64,000 nt of DNA, from the IMG/VR virus record IMGVR_UViG_3300046792_000297, positions 39,955-103,954 of that record; one strand, given 5' to 3'. Made by a program: the position numbers and the translations under genes. This DNA is from a virus. This document shows positions 36,804 through 46,745 of the stretch, one piece after another. How positions within the stretch are numbered: the stretch's first letter is position 1; every line of letters starts with the position of its first letter. A model generated the notes under the pieces. It did no database searches and was not told the DNA's origin. It saw only the letters and a program-made list of their open reading frames with translations.

Positions 36804-38036
36804 ATGACTTATGCGCCGCCCGCCGTCACCGCTGCCGGGCTGACTATCCCCAGTTACAACGACATCCTCGCGTCCTTGATGCAGAGCTACCAGGCCATCT
36901 ACGGCCAGAGCGTCTACCTGGGCATCGACTCGGCGGACTACCAGAACATCTCCGTGCTCGCGCTCAAGCTGGCCGACAATTGCAGCCTTTGCCAGTTGGA
37001 CTACAACAGCCGGTCGCCCTTGACCGCCATCGGCGCGGCGCTCGACAGTGTGGTTAAGCTGAACGGCCTGGTGCGGAAACCAGCTTCCAAGTCGACCGTG
37101 CTGCTCACCTTGACTGGCACGGCGGGTACGATCATCAACAACGGGGTGGTCGCGGACAGTAACGGGGTGTACTGGTCCTTGCCCACCACGGTCGTGCTTG
37201 GCTCGGGCGGGCTGGTCAGCGTGACGGCGGTCTGTCAGCAAACCGGCCCAATCAGCGCCGACGCCGGGACGGTCACCCAGCCGGTGGGCGGGTTTACCTC
37301 GGGCTGGACGGGAGTCTCGAATCCCGATCCGGCGGCACCAGGCACGCCGGTCGAGAACGATGCCCAGCTTCGCGCCCGGCAGTCGCTCTCGGTCGCCATG
37401 CCGTCCTCCACGCGGCTGGCGGGCACCATCGCGGGCATTGCGGCGGTCGCGGGCGTAACCCGCTACAACGTGCTCGAAAACCAGGGCAGCGTGACCGACA
37501 GCTACGGCAACCTGGGCCACTCCCTCACGGCGGTGGTCGAGGGCGGGACCGAGATCGACATTGCCACGGCTATCTACGACAATCGCGGCATCGGCTGCAA
37601 CACGCAGGGCGCGACGGCGGTCGCGATGGTGATCACGCCGGTCACCGACAGCAATACGGGTGTGATCACCGACATCGGGTTCGTGCGCCGCGTGTCCAGG
37701 CAGGTCTACGTGTCCATCGGCATTCATGACCTGACCGGCACGGGCGCAGGCGTGACGGACGCGGTCAAGACGGCGATCAGTCAGGCGTTGGCCGCGCCCA
37801 TCGCGCCCGGTCCGCCGGGCTACCTGAATGCCTTGCAGATTGGCGAGATGGTCACGCAGAGCGCCCTCTATGGGGTGGCCATGTCGGTGGTTCCCAACCT
37901 GGCCAACCCGCCGTTCTCGATCCGGTCGCTGACGCTGGGTTTCGCCGCCACACCGAGCGGCACCACCGACCTGGTGCTGCAATTCTGGGAAGTGGCGGCC
38001 AGCGATCCGGCCAAGGTGATCGTGAGCACGGTATGA
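36804..38036 (+). CDS. Baseplate J-like protein
   Basis: P..A.G..LD....NG..R, G...E.D..LR.R, H.L..VV.GG. Confidence 0.9.
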   Translation: MTYAPPAVTAAGLTIPSYNDILASLMQSYQAIYGQSVYLGIDSADYQNISVLALKLADNCSLCQLDYNSRSPLTAIGAALDSVVKLNGLVRKPASKSTVLLTLTGTAGTIINNGVVADSNGVYWSLPTTVVLGSGGLVSVTAVCQQTGPISADAGTVTQPVGGFTSGWTGVSNPDPAAPGTPVENDAQLRARQSLSVAMPSSTRLAGTIAGIAAVAGVTRYNVLENQGSVTDSYGNLGHSLTAVVEGGTEIDIATAIYDNRGIGCNTQGATAVAMVITPVTDSNTGVITDIGFVRRVSRQVYVSIGIHDLTGTGAGVTDAVKTAISQALAAPIAPGPPGYLNALQIGEMVTQSALYGVAMSVVPNLANPPFSIRSLTLGFAATPSGTTDLVLQFWEVAASDPAKVIVSTV

Positions 38037-38614
38037 GCACTCCGGTTCAAGTCCTGCCCCTGAGTTATTACGTCGGGCTCTTGACCAGCGAGTACCGGCA
38101 ATCGGAGAAGCTGAACCTCTGGCTGCTGGCCGTACTCAGCATCGCCAGCGACATTAGCAACTGCCTGTCGTTGATGGCCTATGCGTTCGACCTCGATTAC
38201 GCGGTCGGCGTGCAACTGGACACGCTGGGCGTGATCGTGGGCGTCTCGCGGACCGTGCCCTTCATGCCCAGTGGCGGCGGCGGCCAGGTGCTGGACGACG
38301 ACACCTACCGGCTGCTGATCAAGGCCACGATTGCCAACAACCAGTGGGACGGCAAGATCGGCAGCCTGTACCCGATCTGGAAGAGCCTGTTTGCGGGCGG
38401 CACGATCAGCATCCTCGACCACCAGGACATGACCGTGGACGTGGTGCTGACGGGCAGCTTTACCTCCATCATTCAAGACCTGATCGTGCACGGGATGATC
38501 GTGCCCAAGCCGCAAGCGGTCGGCTACACCTACGACTTCGGCGGCCTGCCCTTCTTCGGGTTTGATCGCAACGATGCGTACATAGCAGGATTTGACACGG
38601 GCAAGTGGTCGTAA
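38033..38614 (+). CDS. Baseplate protein (DUF2612)
   Basis: FDLD.AVGVQLD.LG.IVG.SR, L.D..YR.LIKA.I..N.WDG, FGFD. Confidence 0.88.
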   Translation: MSTPVQVLPLSYYVGLLTSEYRQSEKLNLWLLAVLSIASDISNCLSLMAYAFDLDYAVGVQLDTLGVIVGVSRTVPFMPSGGGGQVLDDDTYRLLIKATIANNQWDGKIGSLYPIWKSLFAGGTISILDHQDMTVDVVLTGSFTSIIQDLIVHGMIVPKPQAVGYTYDFGGLPFFGFDRNDAYIAGFDTGKWS

Positions 38615-38629
38615 CACAAGAGAGGAACA

Positions 38630-39745
38630 ATGCCAACGACGAATTTCCTGCCGTGGGATCAGGCAATGACGAACACGAAGACGGACGCGGCCTATTCGAG
38701 CGATCCGCAGCGGGCCAACGGCGGAGCCGTGGGCGCGGCCTTTCCCTCCTCCACGTTCAACAAGTTCGGGCTGCAAGCCAGCGGCATGGCCTACGCGCTG
38801 GCGCAGTTCCTGGTCTCCAAGGGCTACAACATCAACGACAACAACCTGCCTGCCATCGTGTCCGCGCTGCAAGCCTTGTTCGCCAACGTGCCGGGCCGCC
38901 AGGCTATGCAGGCCATGACTTACTCGCCGTCGCTGGTCTGCGATGCCTCGCTCTACAACGGCTTCCAGATTCCGCTGCCAGGAAATGTTACGGCGCTCAC
39001 GGTCACCAACCGCAGCGCGGGCCAGCAACTCACCTTCCAATTCATTCAGCAATCGGGCGGCGGGCATACCGTCACTTGGCCGAGTTACTTCTTTGGAGCG
39101 GCGCAGCCCGACCCGACCGATGGTGCCGTTTCGGTCATCACCTGGCAGACCGGTAGTGACCTAACCGGAAAGATCGCGACGCCACCCATGTCGGCGGACG
39201 GCTTGACGGGTGTAACCATCGGCGCAGCCAATCCGCAGAGCGCCGTGTTTACCACGGCGACCGTCAACGGACCACTGAATACAGCCTCGCTGTCGGTGTC
39301 AGGCGCGGCGACCATAGCGAGTTTGATCGTCAACCTCACGACGGCCTTGAATAGTCTCTCGGTCTCGGGCACGGCCACGGTGGCGGGTTTGGTCGCCAAC
39401 ATCTTTGCCCAGGTCCCGAACGTGGCTTTCACCGACAACAGCAACAACGCAATCAGCACCGTCTGGGCCAAGACGGGCTTGGCCTCGTCGCTGGCCGCCA
39501 ACGGCTATATCAAGCTGCCGTCGTGGATGGGCGGCCTGATCATCGAGTGGGGCCGGGCCAGCAGCGGCACAAACTCGGTCTCGCCGGTCTTCTCGCCCGG
39601 CTTTACCAACCTGTTCGTGGTGCTGCCCATCTCGGCTCCGGCGATCCGTGACAGCGTCTACGTGACGGCCTTCAACAACGCCAACTTCACCTGCGGCACC
39701 GCCGGAAGCACGATCAGCATTCACTGGGTGGCTATCGGCAACTAA
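38630..39745 (+). CDS. Tail fibre protein
   Basis: After the baseplate genes; NF.P, S..FNK N-terminus; C-terminal NGY.KLP...GLI.EWG domain. Confidence 0.8.
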   Translation: MPTTNFLPWDQAMTNTKTDAAYSSDPQRANGGAVGAAFPSSTFNKFGLQASGMAYALAQFLVSKGYNINDNNLPAIVSALQALFANVPGRQAMQAMTYSPSLVCDASLYNGFQIPLPGNVTALTVTNRSAGQQLTFQFIQQSGGGHTVTWPSYFFGAAQPDPTDGAVSVITWQTGSDLTGKIATPPMSADGLTGVTIGAANPQSAVFTTATVNGPLNTASLSVSGAATIASLIVNLTTALNSLSVSGTATVAGLVANIFAQVPNVAFTDNSNNAISTVWAKTGLASSLAANGYIKLPSWMGGLIIEWGRASSGTNSVSPVFSPGFTNLFVVLPISAPAIRDSVYVTAFNNANFTCGTAGSTISIHWVAIGN

Positions 39746-39777
39746 TCAACTTCCAACCAACCTGAAAGGAACGTGCA

Positions 39778-40596
39778 ATGCCTCTTGCATACATCAAATT
39801 CGTCGATCAACATGGCCATCCCATTGATCCCGGCTTCGGAAACGAAGGTCTCGAACCCGGTCATCCCGACAACGGCCTGCCGCCCGATCCTGCTTACCCC
39901 AGCGGCGGACCGATCTACGGCGGCGGGCGTCCCGACAATGGCCTGCCTTGGGCCCCCCTGCGCCCAGATGGCAGTCCCATCCTGCCGCCCCGCCCTTGGC
40001 CGCCGCTGCCCTGGCCGCCCAAGGACTTTCCTCCTGGTCCCACCGACCCTGACTGGGGTGTCGGCGGCGGTCCGCCCACTCATCCCACCCTGCCCATCTA
40101 CTTGCCGCCCGATCAGATCGACAACGGCCTGCCGCCCGTGGGCGAAACCAAGCCTCCCACAAACCCGCCGCCGGGAACCATCTGGCCGCCTATTGCAGGG
40201 CTGCCCTCGGGCAAGTGCGCCCTGCTGGCGTGGTTCTACCGTTTGGGCTGGCGCTACGTGGTGGTGGATACTTCGCTGACGCCGGGCTATCCGCTTCCGC
40301 CTCCGGGTGGAGGCACGCAGCCCGAGCCTCCTCCGGGTCACCCTCCGACCAGCGAAGCTGGCTACATCACTGCGGCTCTGGGTGCGACGACAATGGATTC
40401 GACAGTAGTCTTGGGCGTTCCCTCGACCACGGCGGTCCTCGGAACGGTACTCCAAATCGACAGCGAGTACATGACCGTGTCCAACGTCAACGACCCGCAG
40501 AGACTCCAGGTCGCCAGAGCTACCTACGGATCGACCCTCGCAGCGCACGCGGTCAATTCGTATGTGTCGTTCTTGGTCGATAAGCCGGTAGGGTAG
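39778..40596 (+). CDS. Proline-rich protein (PDNGLP repeats) with C-terminal beta domain
   Basis: HPDNGLP/RPDNGLP/IDNGLP repeats; IDSEY...RATYGS..H domain. Confidence 0.75.
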   Translation: MPLAYIKFVDQHGHPIDPGFGNEGLEPGHPDNGLPPDPAYPSGGPIYGGGRPDNGLPWAPLRPDGSPILPPRPWPPLPWPPKDFPPGPTDPDWGVGGGPPTHPTLPIYLPPDQIDNGLPPVGETKPPTNPPPGTIWPPIAGLPSGKCALLAWFYRLGWRYVVVDTSLTPGYPLPPPGGGTQPEPPPGHPPTSEAGYITAALGATTMDSTVVLGVPSTTAVLGTVLQIDSEYMTVSNVNDPQRLQVARATYGSTLAAHAVNSYVSFLVDKPVG

Positions 40597-40625
40597 GGAA
40601 GGGAAGTAATTATTATTGGCACCAA

Positions 40626-40655
40626 CAAGAAACCCGCCTGCGGGCGGGTTTCTTG
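40626..40655. terminator. Bidirectional terminator ending the structural operon
   Basis: Perfect 13-bp stem caagaaacccgcc-tgcg-ggcgggtttcttg. Confidence 0.85.
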
Positions 40656-40761
40656 GAGGCTGCGAATGGGGAATGGAGGCAACGGCTATAGCCCTCAGTA
40701 GACACCCAACCGCTGGGCGGCGCAAGCCTATTCTGATAGCCTTTTCAAGTCGAGGCCCGTC

Positions 40762-41127
40762 ATGGAATTAGCACCCCACCCGGCGAACGAGTTACCGCAC
40801 TGTCCGGCCTGCCAGCAGATTTGCGACGGCATCACGCCCCTCGAACCGGGAGCGGTGCCCAGTGTGGGCGACTGGTCGCTCTGCATGTACTGCGGCGCGA
40901 TCCTGCGGGTGGGCGAGCCGGGCCGCGTGGTCGAGGCGGAAGAAGGCGGCCACCTGCGCCTGGTCGGCATCCGGTTTCGGCTGGCCCGCGTACCGGAGTT
41001 GAGCGAGTTGCACCAGCAGCAGCCGCGCGAGTACGGGATGCTGATGGAAGGGAAGCGGTTCGTGGCCAACCGTCAGCGGGCGGGGAACTATTATCGGACA
41101 AGGCCGCGCACAAGGCGCAGATTCTAA
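40762..41127 (+). CDS. Small Zn-ribbon protein
   Basis: CPAC...P..GD.S.C.YCG; GAGG RBS. Confidence 0.65.
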   Translation: MELAPHPANELPHCPACQQICDGITPLEPGAVPSVGDWSLCMYCGAILRVGEPGRVVEAEEGGHLRLVGIRFRLARVPELSELHQQQPREYGMLMEGKRFVANRQRAGNYYRTRPRTRRRF

Positions 41128-41183
41128 ATAACTTGAGCTAGGTAACATAACACTTCTTATCAGACTTTCGATGGAGGCAAGCG

Positions 41184-41354
41184 GTGTACGAGCACTTCAA
41201 CGAGGAGTCCGTGGATGAGTTGAAAATGCGCGGCATCATTTACGAGTTCATGTTGTGGTTCGGTGGCAGTGGTCATCCGCAGCCTAACCACCCCGAGGCG
41301 CTGAATAACCTGATTCGCAGCTATATTCTGGTTCGTCGCCAACGAAATGGTTGA
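41184..41354 (+). CDS. Hypothetical 56-aa protein
   Basis: GGAGG RBS then GTG; hand translated. Confidence 0.45.
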   Translation: MYEHFNEESVDELKMRGIIYEFMLWFGGSGHPQPNHPEALNNLIRSYILVRRQRNG

Positions 41355-41535
41355 TATGAAGATGTTTCGTTGTGGAATGTGCGGAGGCACGTTTGAACAG
41401 TTGCGAACCGACGAGGAAGCTGAGGAAGAGGCGCGGCGATTATACGGTGTGGATAAAGCCAGCACCGATCCTGATATGGGCGTGGTGTGTCACGACTGCT
41501 GGCTCAAGCTGGAGCCGCTGACGAGGGCGCACTAG
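41347..41535 (+). CDS. Small Zn-ribbon protein
   Basis: CGMCG...F and VVC.DCW. Confidence 0.65.
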   Translation: MVDMKMFRCGMCGGTFEQLRTDEEAEEEARRLYGVDKASTDPDMGVVCHDCWLKLEPLTRAH

Positions 41536-41580
41536 ATATTCAGCCTTTCCTGCGCCGCACCTTCTTCTGCGGCGGGTTGA

Positions 41581-41787
41581 TCACCGTCGAAAGCAGAGTT
41601 CCTCGTTGACGGTGTGCAACAAATCCCAGATTTCCCTCATCGCCTTACCGCCAAACTTGCAGCATGGATCGTAGACACCATTACCGAATGCAAGTGAATA
41701 TGCTTTCGATAGAGCCGTCAGCGCGGCTTGACTGACGATGGTCGTCTTGGGCACGTACTCCACGCCGTCAATGATGACGATGTTCAT
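41581..41787 (-). CDS. Hypothetical protein
   Basis: AGGAGAG RBS; MNIVIIDGVEYVPK start is a common phage pattern. Confidence 0.6.
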   Translation of the reverse strand: MNIVIIDGVEYVPKTTIVSQAALTALSKAYSLAFGNGVYDPCCKFGGKAMREIWDLLHTVNEELCFRR

Positions 41788-41808
41788 CGTTCTCTCCTGA
41801 GAAACACA

Positions 41809-41985
41809 ATGCCAGCCAAGAAACCCACGACCTGTCCGGCCTGGATTCCCTGCCCGTGCTGCGAGGACTTCCTCTGCACCATTCATGGTAGCCACGTCCA
41901 CGACTGCGACTGCCCGGCCATCGAGGAGTGGGAGGTGGACCCCTACACCACGGGTGGCCAGCCTAGCGTGATCGTGCCAGCTTGA
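41809..41985 (+). CDS. Cys/His-rich small protein
   Basis: PAW..C.CC.D..C.IH..H..DC.CP. Confidence 0.55.
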   Translation: MPAKKPTTCPAWIPCPCCEDFLCTIHGSHVHDCDCPAIEEWEVDPYTTGGQPSVIVPA

Positions 41986-42184
41986 CGGGAGCCGCGACGG
42001 AAACAGGAGGCTTGGAAGGCACTCGATCAGTGAGGCGCTCGCGTTCCCAGGCCCGCAACAGGGCTAGGTGATTCAAGCTGCAACAACGGACCGGCCCGTC
42101 GATGATCTGGCGCGTCCTCCAAGGAAACAGTTGCTTGCACCACTCGCAGCGCAGAATGAAGATGGGCGGTTTCTTGGCCCTCAT
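41963..42184 (-). CDS. Small Zn-binding protein
   Basis: CEWC...F...CCS..H; GGAGG RBS. Confidence 0.55.
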   Translation of the reverse strand: MRAKKPPIFILRCEWCKQLFPWRTRQIIDGPVRCCSLNHLALLRAWERERLTDRVPSKPPVSVAAPVKLARSR

Positions 42185-42202
42185 AGGAGCCTCCCATAAT
42201 AA

Positions 42203-42742
42203 TTATGCGGCCCGGTTCGTTGGGCTGGGTAGCGGCGTCAGTTCCGCTTCGGATTTCCCGGCCTGGCGCTCCGCGCTGCGGGTCGCGTAAATCTTCTGCT
42301 GGGCCGCGCGTTCTTCTTTGCTGCGCACTGGCCTGCCGCCACGGGTTAGCTTCCTGCCTTCCTTCGCGGCCACTCGCGACCTTCGCTTCGCCTCGCGGTC
42401 GGCGGCTCTTCGCTTCTCCAGCTTCTGGGCGGCGGTCAGCTTTCCCGCTTTGGTGGATCGAGTGTGCAGCCCATCAACTGGTGCAGTGTTTGACGACGCC
42501 AGCGTGCGCTTCCCTGAAGCTCGCTCGGCGGCTTGAACCCGCAGGTCTGGCACACTATGGGGAATCCCCAATACTTGCCGTAGCGCCTCGGGGCTGGAAA
42601 ATAGTTCCCCCATCCGTGAGGTAAGCTCGATCTGAAGTACACCGATGGCCTTACTAAGTTCGGCTTGGGCTTCGATGCGGCCTCGGAGGTACGCGAGACC
42701 AACTTCAACGCGGTTCGACTCATTAGGCAGTTCCTTTCTCAT
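42203..42742 (-). CDS. Basic hypothetical protein (possible DNA binding)
   Basis: K/R-rich C-terminus with RGGRP; RBS present. Confidence 0.6.
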   Translation of the reverse strand: MRKELPNESNRVEVGLAYLRGRIEAQAELSKAIGVLQIELTSRMGELFSSPEALRQVLGIPHSVPDLRVQAAERASGKRTLASSNTAPVDGLHTRSTKAGKLTAAQKLEKRRAADREAKRRSRVAAKEGRKLTRGGRPVRSKEERAAQQKIYATRSAERQAGKSEAELTPLPSPTNRAA

Positions 42743-42757
42743 TCGCTCTTCCCTTTC

Positions 42758-43561
42758 TCACTGCGATCCCTTGCGGTAGACACCTTTGTCGATGCGGATC
42801 AGGAAGCCCTCCTTGGCCAGCGCGGCCAGGCCCGCAGGCACGTTGACCTTGGCCGTGGCCCGCTTTGCTAGGGGAGCGGTAGCCACGATCTCCGCCGCCG
42901 TCCAATTGGTACTAGGGTTGGCTTCGAAGAACTTACGCAGGTCGCGTGAACCGTAGATGTCGCCGGTCGCGCGATGCCCGTTGTGCTTGACGGTCGAGGG
43001 CTTCAGCCACTCCGAGCCGATCTTGGCGCTGTTCTCCACCAGGAGTTGGCAGGAGCCCAGCGTTTCCTCGACGTGCATGAGGGTGGCCTGCTCGCGGGCG
43101 ATCTGCGCATCGAGCGTGCCCAGGTCGGCGGCCAGACTGGCGCGGCGAGCGTTCAGCTTTTCGAGCGAGAGCGCGATGGCCGTGCGGCTGATGCGAACCT
43201 GGCCGACAATGCTGGCCACGGTGGCGGTGTAGGGACCGGCAGTGTTGAGCCATTCGAGGTCGGGCGGCAGGGCAACCGCAACCGTCGCGTCTTGCTCGAC
43301 AGGCGGAGTAGTAACCAAGGGCACAGAAATCGTGAAGTTGACTGAAGAGGATGATACGGCTGGTGCTGGAGGAGGCTCGGGCGGTGTGATGTGTGGATCG
43401 AAGTGTTCGGCTACCTTAATGTAGCGGTCGATATTAAGAGGCTGTTCACGGGCCTTGCGGGTCTTAATGATTCTCTTGGGTGACTTGGGCGGCTTGGGCC
43501 GGACTGACTGCCCAGCTTTGTGGCGGGCTGCTTGTTCTAAGGCTTCGCGTAGGCTACTCAT
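42758..43561 (-). CDS. Coiled-coil protein with C-terminal winged-HTH-like region
   Basis: T..EI...L..L.KEG.L.R..KG.Y ending. Confidence 0.6.
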   Translation of the reverse strand: MSSLREALEQAARHKAGQSVRPKPPKSPKRIIKTRKAREQPLNIDRYIKVAEHFDPHITPPEPPPAPAVSSSSVNFTISVPLVTTPPVEQDATVAVALPPDLEWLNTAGPYTATVASIVGQVRISRTAIALSLEKLNARRASLAADLGTLDAQIAREQATLMHVEETLGSCQLLVENSAKIGSEWLKPSTVKHNGHRATGDIYGSRDLRKFFEANPSTNWTAAEIVATAPLAKRATAKVNVPAGLAALAKEGFLIRIDKGVYRKGSQ

Positions 43562-44080
43562 TTACTTGTTTGGTTCCTCTCTATTAAATTCAAATCGCCA
43601 TACGTCCGTGCCTCCTGCTTGATGATCGGCGGCGGCGATGTGGTTGCTGAACAGGCGCACGGCATTGGTGCCGTGCGGATAGAGCGCGGCGCGGTGCTTG
43701 CCGTCGATCCAGATTTCGACGATCTTCATTGGCAGGATGGAATGATCGACCAGGCGGAACTCGATGTTGGCGGGGTGCGTGGGCAGCGCATAGTAGGCAT
43801 TGGCTTCCATCATCGGCACGCGCTCGCCATCCTCGGTGATGCAGCCGAAGCCGCCCTCGCTCGGCTTGGCCAGATGGCCCTCGGCGTCGATGCCCCACTT
43901 GCTCACGATCCTGGCCACGTGGCCGCGCACCGTCTTGACGTGCGTCGCCTCGCGAATGTCGACGTGCAGCGGCTCTTGCCAGAGATGAGTATCGGGATCG
44001 ACGGTAACCGTTGCGCCGCACTTCCAGCAGGGCGTGAAGGGCGCGTCGGGATTGGCCGGAACGTGGCCGCAAGGACTCAT
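43562..44080 (-). CDS. Hypothetical protein
   Basis: Coupled ORF in the early operon. Confidence 0.6.
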   Translation of the reverse strand: MSPCGHVPANPDAPFTPCWKCGATVTVDPDTHLWQEPLHVDIREATHVKTVRGHVARIVSKWGIDAEGHLAKPSEGGFGCITEDGERVPMMEANAYYALPTHPANIEFRLVDHSILPMKIVEIWIDGKHRAALYPHGTNAVRLFSNHIAAADHQAGGTDVWRFEFNREEPNK

Positions 44081-44511
44081 GGAACCTCGACTCGCTTGAT
44101 TTCAATTAGGTCCTGGTCGAGCAGGTATTGCATCGTCTTCTGAGGATCATCGGGCTCGGGCGGATAGAAGCAATCCACGGCCCCGACCAATACCCGTGCC
44201 GCCATGCCTTCGAGGCCGAACATCTTCTGGAGAGCCAGGTACAGCATACCTTCCAGTTCGGCGGCGAGTGTTCCCGTGATTGCCATGCGGTCGCTTTGAT
44301 CTTGATTCTTGGGTGTGACGTGATACCAGGAGTCTTTGCCGCTGGGATAGCGGAAGCGGAAGTTGGCCGAGACCTCATGGGTCTCGCGATTCTCCACAAT
44401 GAAGGCCCGCCAGAAGGCCACGCTCGGCATACCCATCAACTCGGCCCAGGTATCATCGAGCACCATGTGGCAGAGCAAGTTTTCTTTGCGGGTGTCGAAG
44501 CCTACATTCAT
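44077..44511 (-). CDS. Hypothetical protein
   Basis: Coupled ORF. Confidence 0.6.
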   Translation of the reverse strand: MNVGFDTRKENLLCHMVLDDTWAELMGMPSVAFWRAFIVENRETHEVSANFRFRYPSGKDSWYHVTPKNQDQSDRMAITGTLAAELEGMLYLALQKMFGLEGMAARVLVGAVDCFYPPEPDDPQKTMQYLLDQDLIEIKRVEVP

Positions 44512-44514
44512 AAT

Positions 44515-44829
44515 TCAAAATCTCTCATAGGTGACCAGCTTGCGGAGGCGCAGCATGGTCAGCACCTGGGGGCGGATTGCGCCGTCCCGCTTGCGTGCCC
44601 GCACGATGGGCTCGGTGGTGATGCCAGCGGCGCGGGCCAGCGCATTGACGCCGCCCGCCTCACTGATCGCGTCTTCCAGTTCCCGGCGTATCTGTTCCTC
44701 CGTGAGAATGACACGACGGCGCTTGGGCTTCTTCTTCATTGATTGCGGTTGTGCCATCGCAAGCACACGGTCTTGGCCACTATATTTCGCCGGGGCCGAA
44801 TTTGCAAGTTCAGGACTTATTGAGGTCAT
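44515..44829 (-). CDS. Cro-like HTH protein
   Basis: AI.EAGG..ALAR.AGI....I.R; start could be 44757 or 44739. Confidence 0.6.
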   Translation of the reverse strand: MTSISPELANSAPAKYSGQDRVLAMAQPQSMKKKPKRRRVILTEEQIRRELEDAISEAGGVNALARAAGITTEPIVRARKRDGAIRPQVLTMLRLRKLVTYERF

Positions 44830-46111
44830 ACGCGTCCACCTGCGGGATGCTGATTACACCGTCCATGCTTTTGACGTGCGCCGAAATCGCCTTCTCGTCG
44901 AGAATCCAGTATTCATCGGGTATCTCGGAGGGATTGACCAGCGCGGTGCGCCGGATGGGCGAGAGCGGAGCGAGGTCCGGCGAGCGGAAGAAGCGGGGTA
45001 GGATGCGCCAGCGCCAGAGCGGCGGACGGGAGCGCAGACCGGCCACCTTCAGGTCGGGCCGGGCGACCACCGCCGGGGCCACGAAGATCGGCCCCAGTGT
45101 GACCGGCGTCTGGGCGAGCACGTCGGCTTGCTGAAGGTCGGCCTGGGCGCGAGCCACTTCGGCGCGGGCTGCTTCGGTGCGATCCGCTTCCAGTCCGAAC
45201 AGGTTGGTCTGGGGCTGCGGAGCCGCGATGGCAGCCTGGGCTTCGGTCAGGCGCTGGCGTGCGGATTCGGCCATGAGTCTTGCCTCCTCGGCTTGCTGTT
45301 TGCGCCGACCTTCGGCAGCCTCCTCGGCCACCCGCCGGGCGCGGGCTTCGTTCTCGCGGCGGGCGCGGGCTTCCTCTTCCCTCACCCGCTGCTCTTCGGC
45401 TCGCTTGAAGGTTTGCAGGGCGGCATTGAGACGCCTTTCCGCCTCGTCGTACTTGGCCAGCACTTCGTTGCGCCACGCATCGTAGTTGCGTTTGGCTTCG
45501 ACTACCGGCTTGGCGATCAGGTCCAGCGCCTTGTCCACCGCGCGGCGCTCGGTCTGGATCACCACCAGCGCGGAGCCCAGCGCCTTGTAGGCGTCCGCGC
45601 TGGTCACGCGGAGCGTGGCGGGCACGGCGGCGGCGACAGCCAGCGCCCGTTCGCGGACGACCTGGTTGAAAGGCTTGTCGCCCTCGCGGACGTCGGGCGG
45701 CAGTATCTGGGGCATGACCACCGCAGGCGCTTCGGGGATCACGGCAATGGCGCGGATCGGCTCCGGCACCAGGTGGATTTCGTCGCGCAGCTTCGCGCCG
45801 TTGTCTGCGCCGGTCTGGCCCATGCGGTCGGCTTCGAATTCCTCGCGGGATTCGGCGGGTGGCAGTTCGATCACCCGGAAGGGATGGCTGGTGGGCTTGG
45901 AGATGATCTCCTCGTAGAGCCAGGCACCCTTGCTCTCGGCTTCCTGGCCCTCGTCGTACACTTCCGGGGCCACGCCGCTATAGACGCAGGTCACGCCATG
46001 CGGCTGCTTCTTGGAGGGCGGATACTGCACGTAAAGTTCGCTGGCACGCTGGTCGTAGTGCCAGGCTTGGAAGCGACTGCTTTCGACCGGGGTGAGTTCA
46101 GGCATTCCCAT
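44810..46111 (-). CDS. KTSC domain fused to coiled-coil Gp157/Gam-like region
   Basis: PVESS....YD....L.V.Y...Y.GV...Y....AESKG; C-terminal IP.EY..LDEK.I...IP.V; next to the recombination genes. Confidence 0.7.
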   Translation of the reverse strand: MGMPELTPVESSRFQAWHYDQRASELYVQYPPSKKQPHGVTCVYSGVAPEVYDEGQEAESKGAWLYEEIISKPTSHPFRVIELPPAESREEFEADRMGQTGADNGAKLRDEIHLVPEPIRAIAVIPEAPAVVMPQILPPDVREGDKPFNQVVRERALAVAAAVPATLRVTSADAYKALGSALVVIQTERRAVDKALDLIAKPVVEAKRNYDAWRNEVLAKYDEAERRLNAALQTFKRAEEQRVREEEARARRENEARARRVAEEAAEGRRKQQAEEARLMAESARQRLTEAQAAIAAPQPQTNLFGLEADRTEAARAEVARAQADLQQADVLAQTPVTLGPIFVAPAVVARPDLKVAGLRSRPPLWRWRILPRFFRSPDLAPLSPIRRTALVNPSEIPDEYWILDEKAISAHVKSMDGVISIPQVDAYDLNKS

Positions 46112-46745
46112 TGAAGTTCCCTTTCGTGAGGTTGTTGTTGGCCTTCCATGCTTCGAGGGAGATCATGCTCATAAATGCGTCGCCGTCGGATTGATCTTCG
46201 TACCAGTGGACCTGAAAGCGGCCCTCGGGAAATAGCTGGCAACTGCACCGCTTGACCGTGTTATCGAGATGGGTGCGGTTGTAGCGCATCAGTTCGTAGC
46301 CTGCGGTCTGCACCTTCCAGGCGGGCATGTGGTAGGTGCAGAACTTCAAGTCGAGCACCACGTCCTGGGTCCGCTTGCGTCTCATGCGCCGGTCGGGCGT
46401 GCCGCCGACGACCAGACCCAAAATGCTGGACATTAACCGGTGTTCGATCTCGATCAACTCGAAGTCGGACTGGCGACGAAACTTCTGCCAGCCTTCGGCG
46501 TAGCCGATGGCGTGTTCGGGCAGCACCAGCATGTCATCGTCGCCGTCGCGGTCGTAGCGTTCGGTCCAGGCGTGCAGTGCCAGGCCGAGTTCGCGTTTCC
46601 GTTCGAGCACGACTGGGTCAACCATCGAGTAATCAATTAGGCCGTGCTTCTTCAACAGGCCGGTAACGCTGGGGTGATTGCGCCCGTTCTGGACGTACTT
46701 GTGGCCGTCCTCTTCGAAGTGGAAGAAGTCGAGGGACTCGATCAC
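46098..46745 (-). CDS. PD-(D/E)xK exonuclease (RecE/Cas4-like)
   Basis: H.Y...PSVT..L, G...H, E, G.PD, DLK, Q..GY motifs. Confidence 0.85.
   Translation of the reverse strand: MIESLDFFHFEEDGHKYVQNGRNHPSVTGLLKKHGLIDYSMVDPVVLERKRELGLALHAWTERYDRDGDDDMLVLPEHAIGYAEGWQKFRRQSDFELIEIEHRLMSSILGLVVGGTPDRRMRRKRTQDVVLDLKFCTYHMPAWKVQTAGYELMRYNRTHLDNTVKRCSCQLFPEGRFQVHWYEDQSDGDAFMSMISLEAWKANNNLTKGNFNGNA

Noticed and set aside
36153-37982. Long antisense or alternative-frame ORFs (e.g. 36153-37982, 9557-10906, 31037-32179)
   Set aside because: Shadows of GC3-rich genes on the opposite strand; no recognisable motifs.
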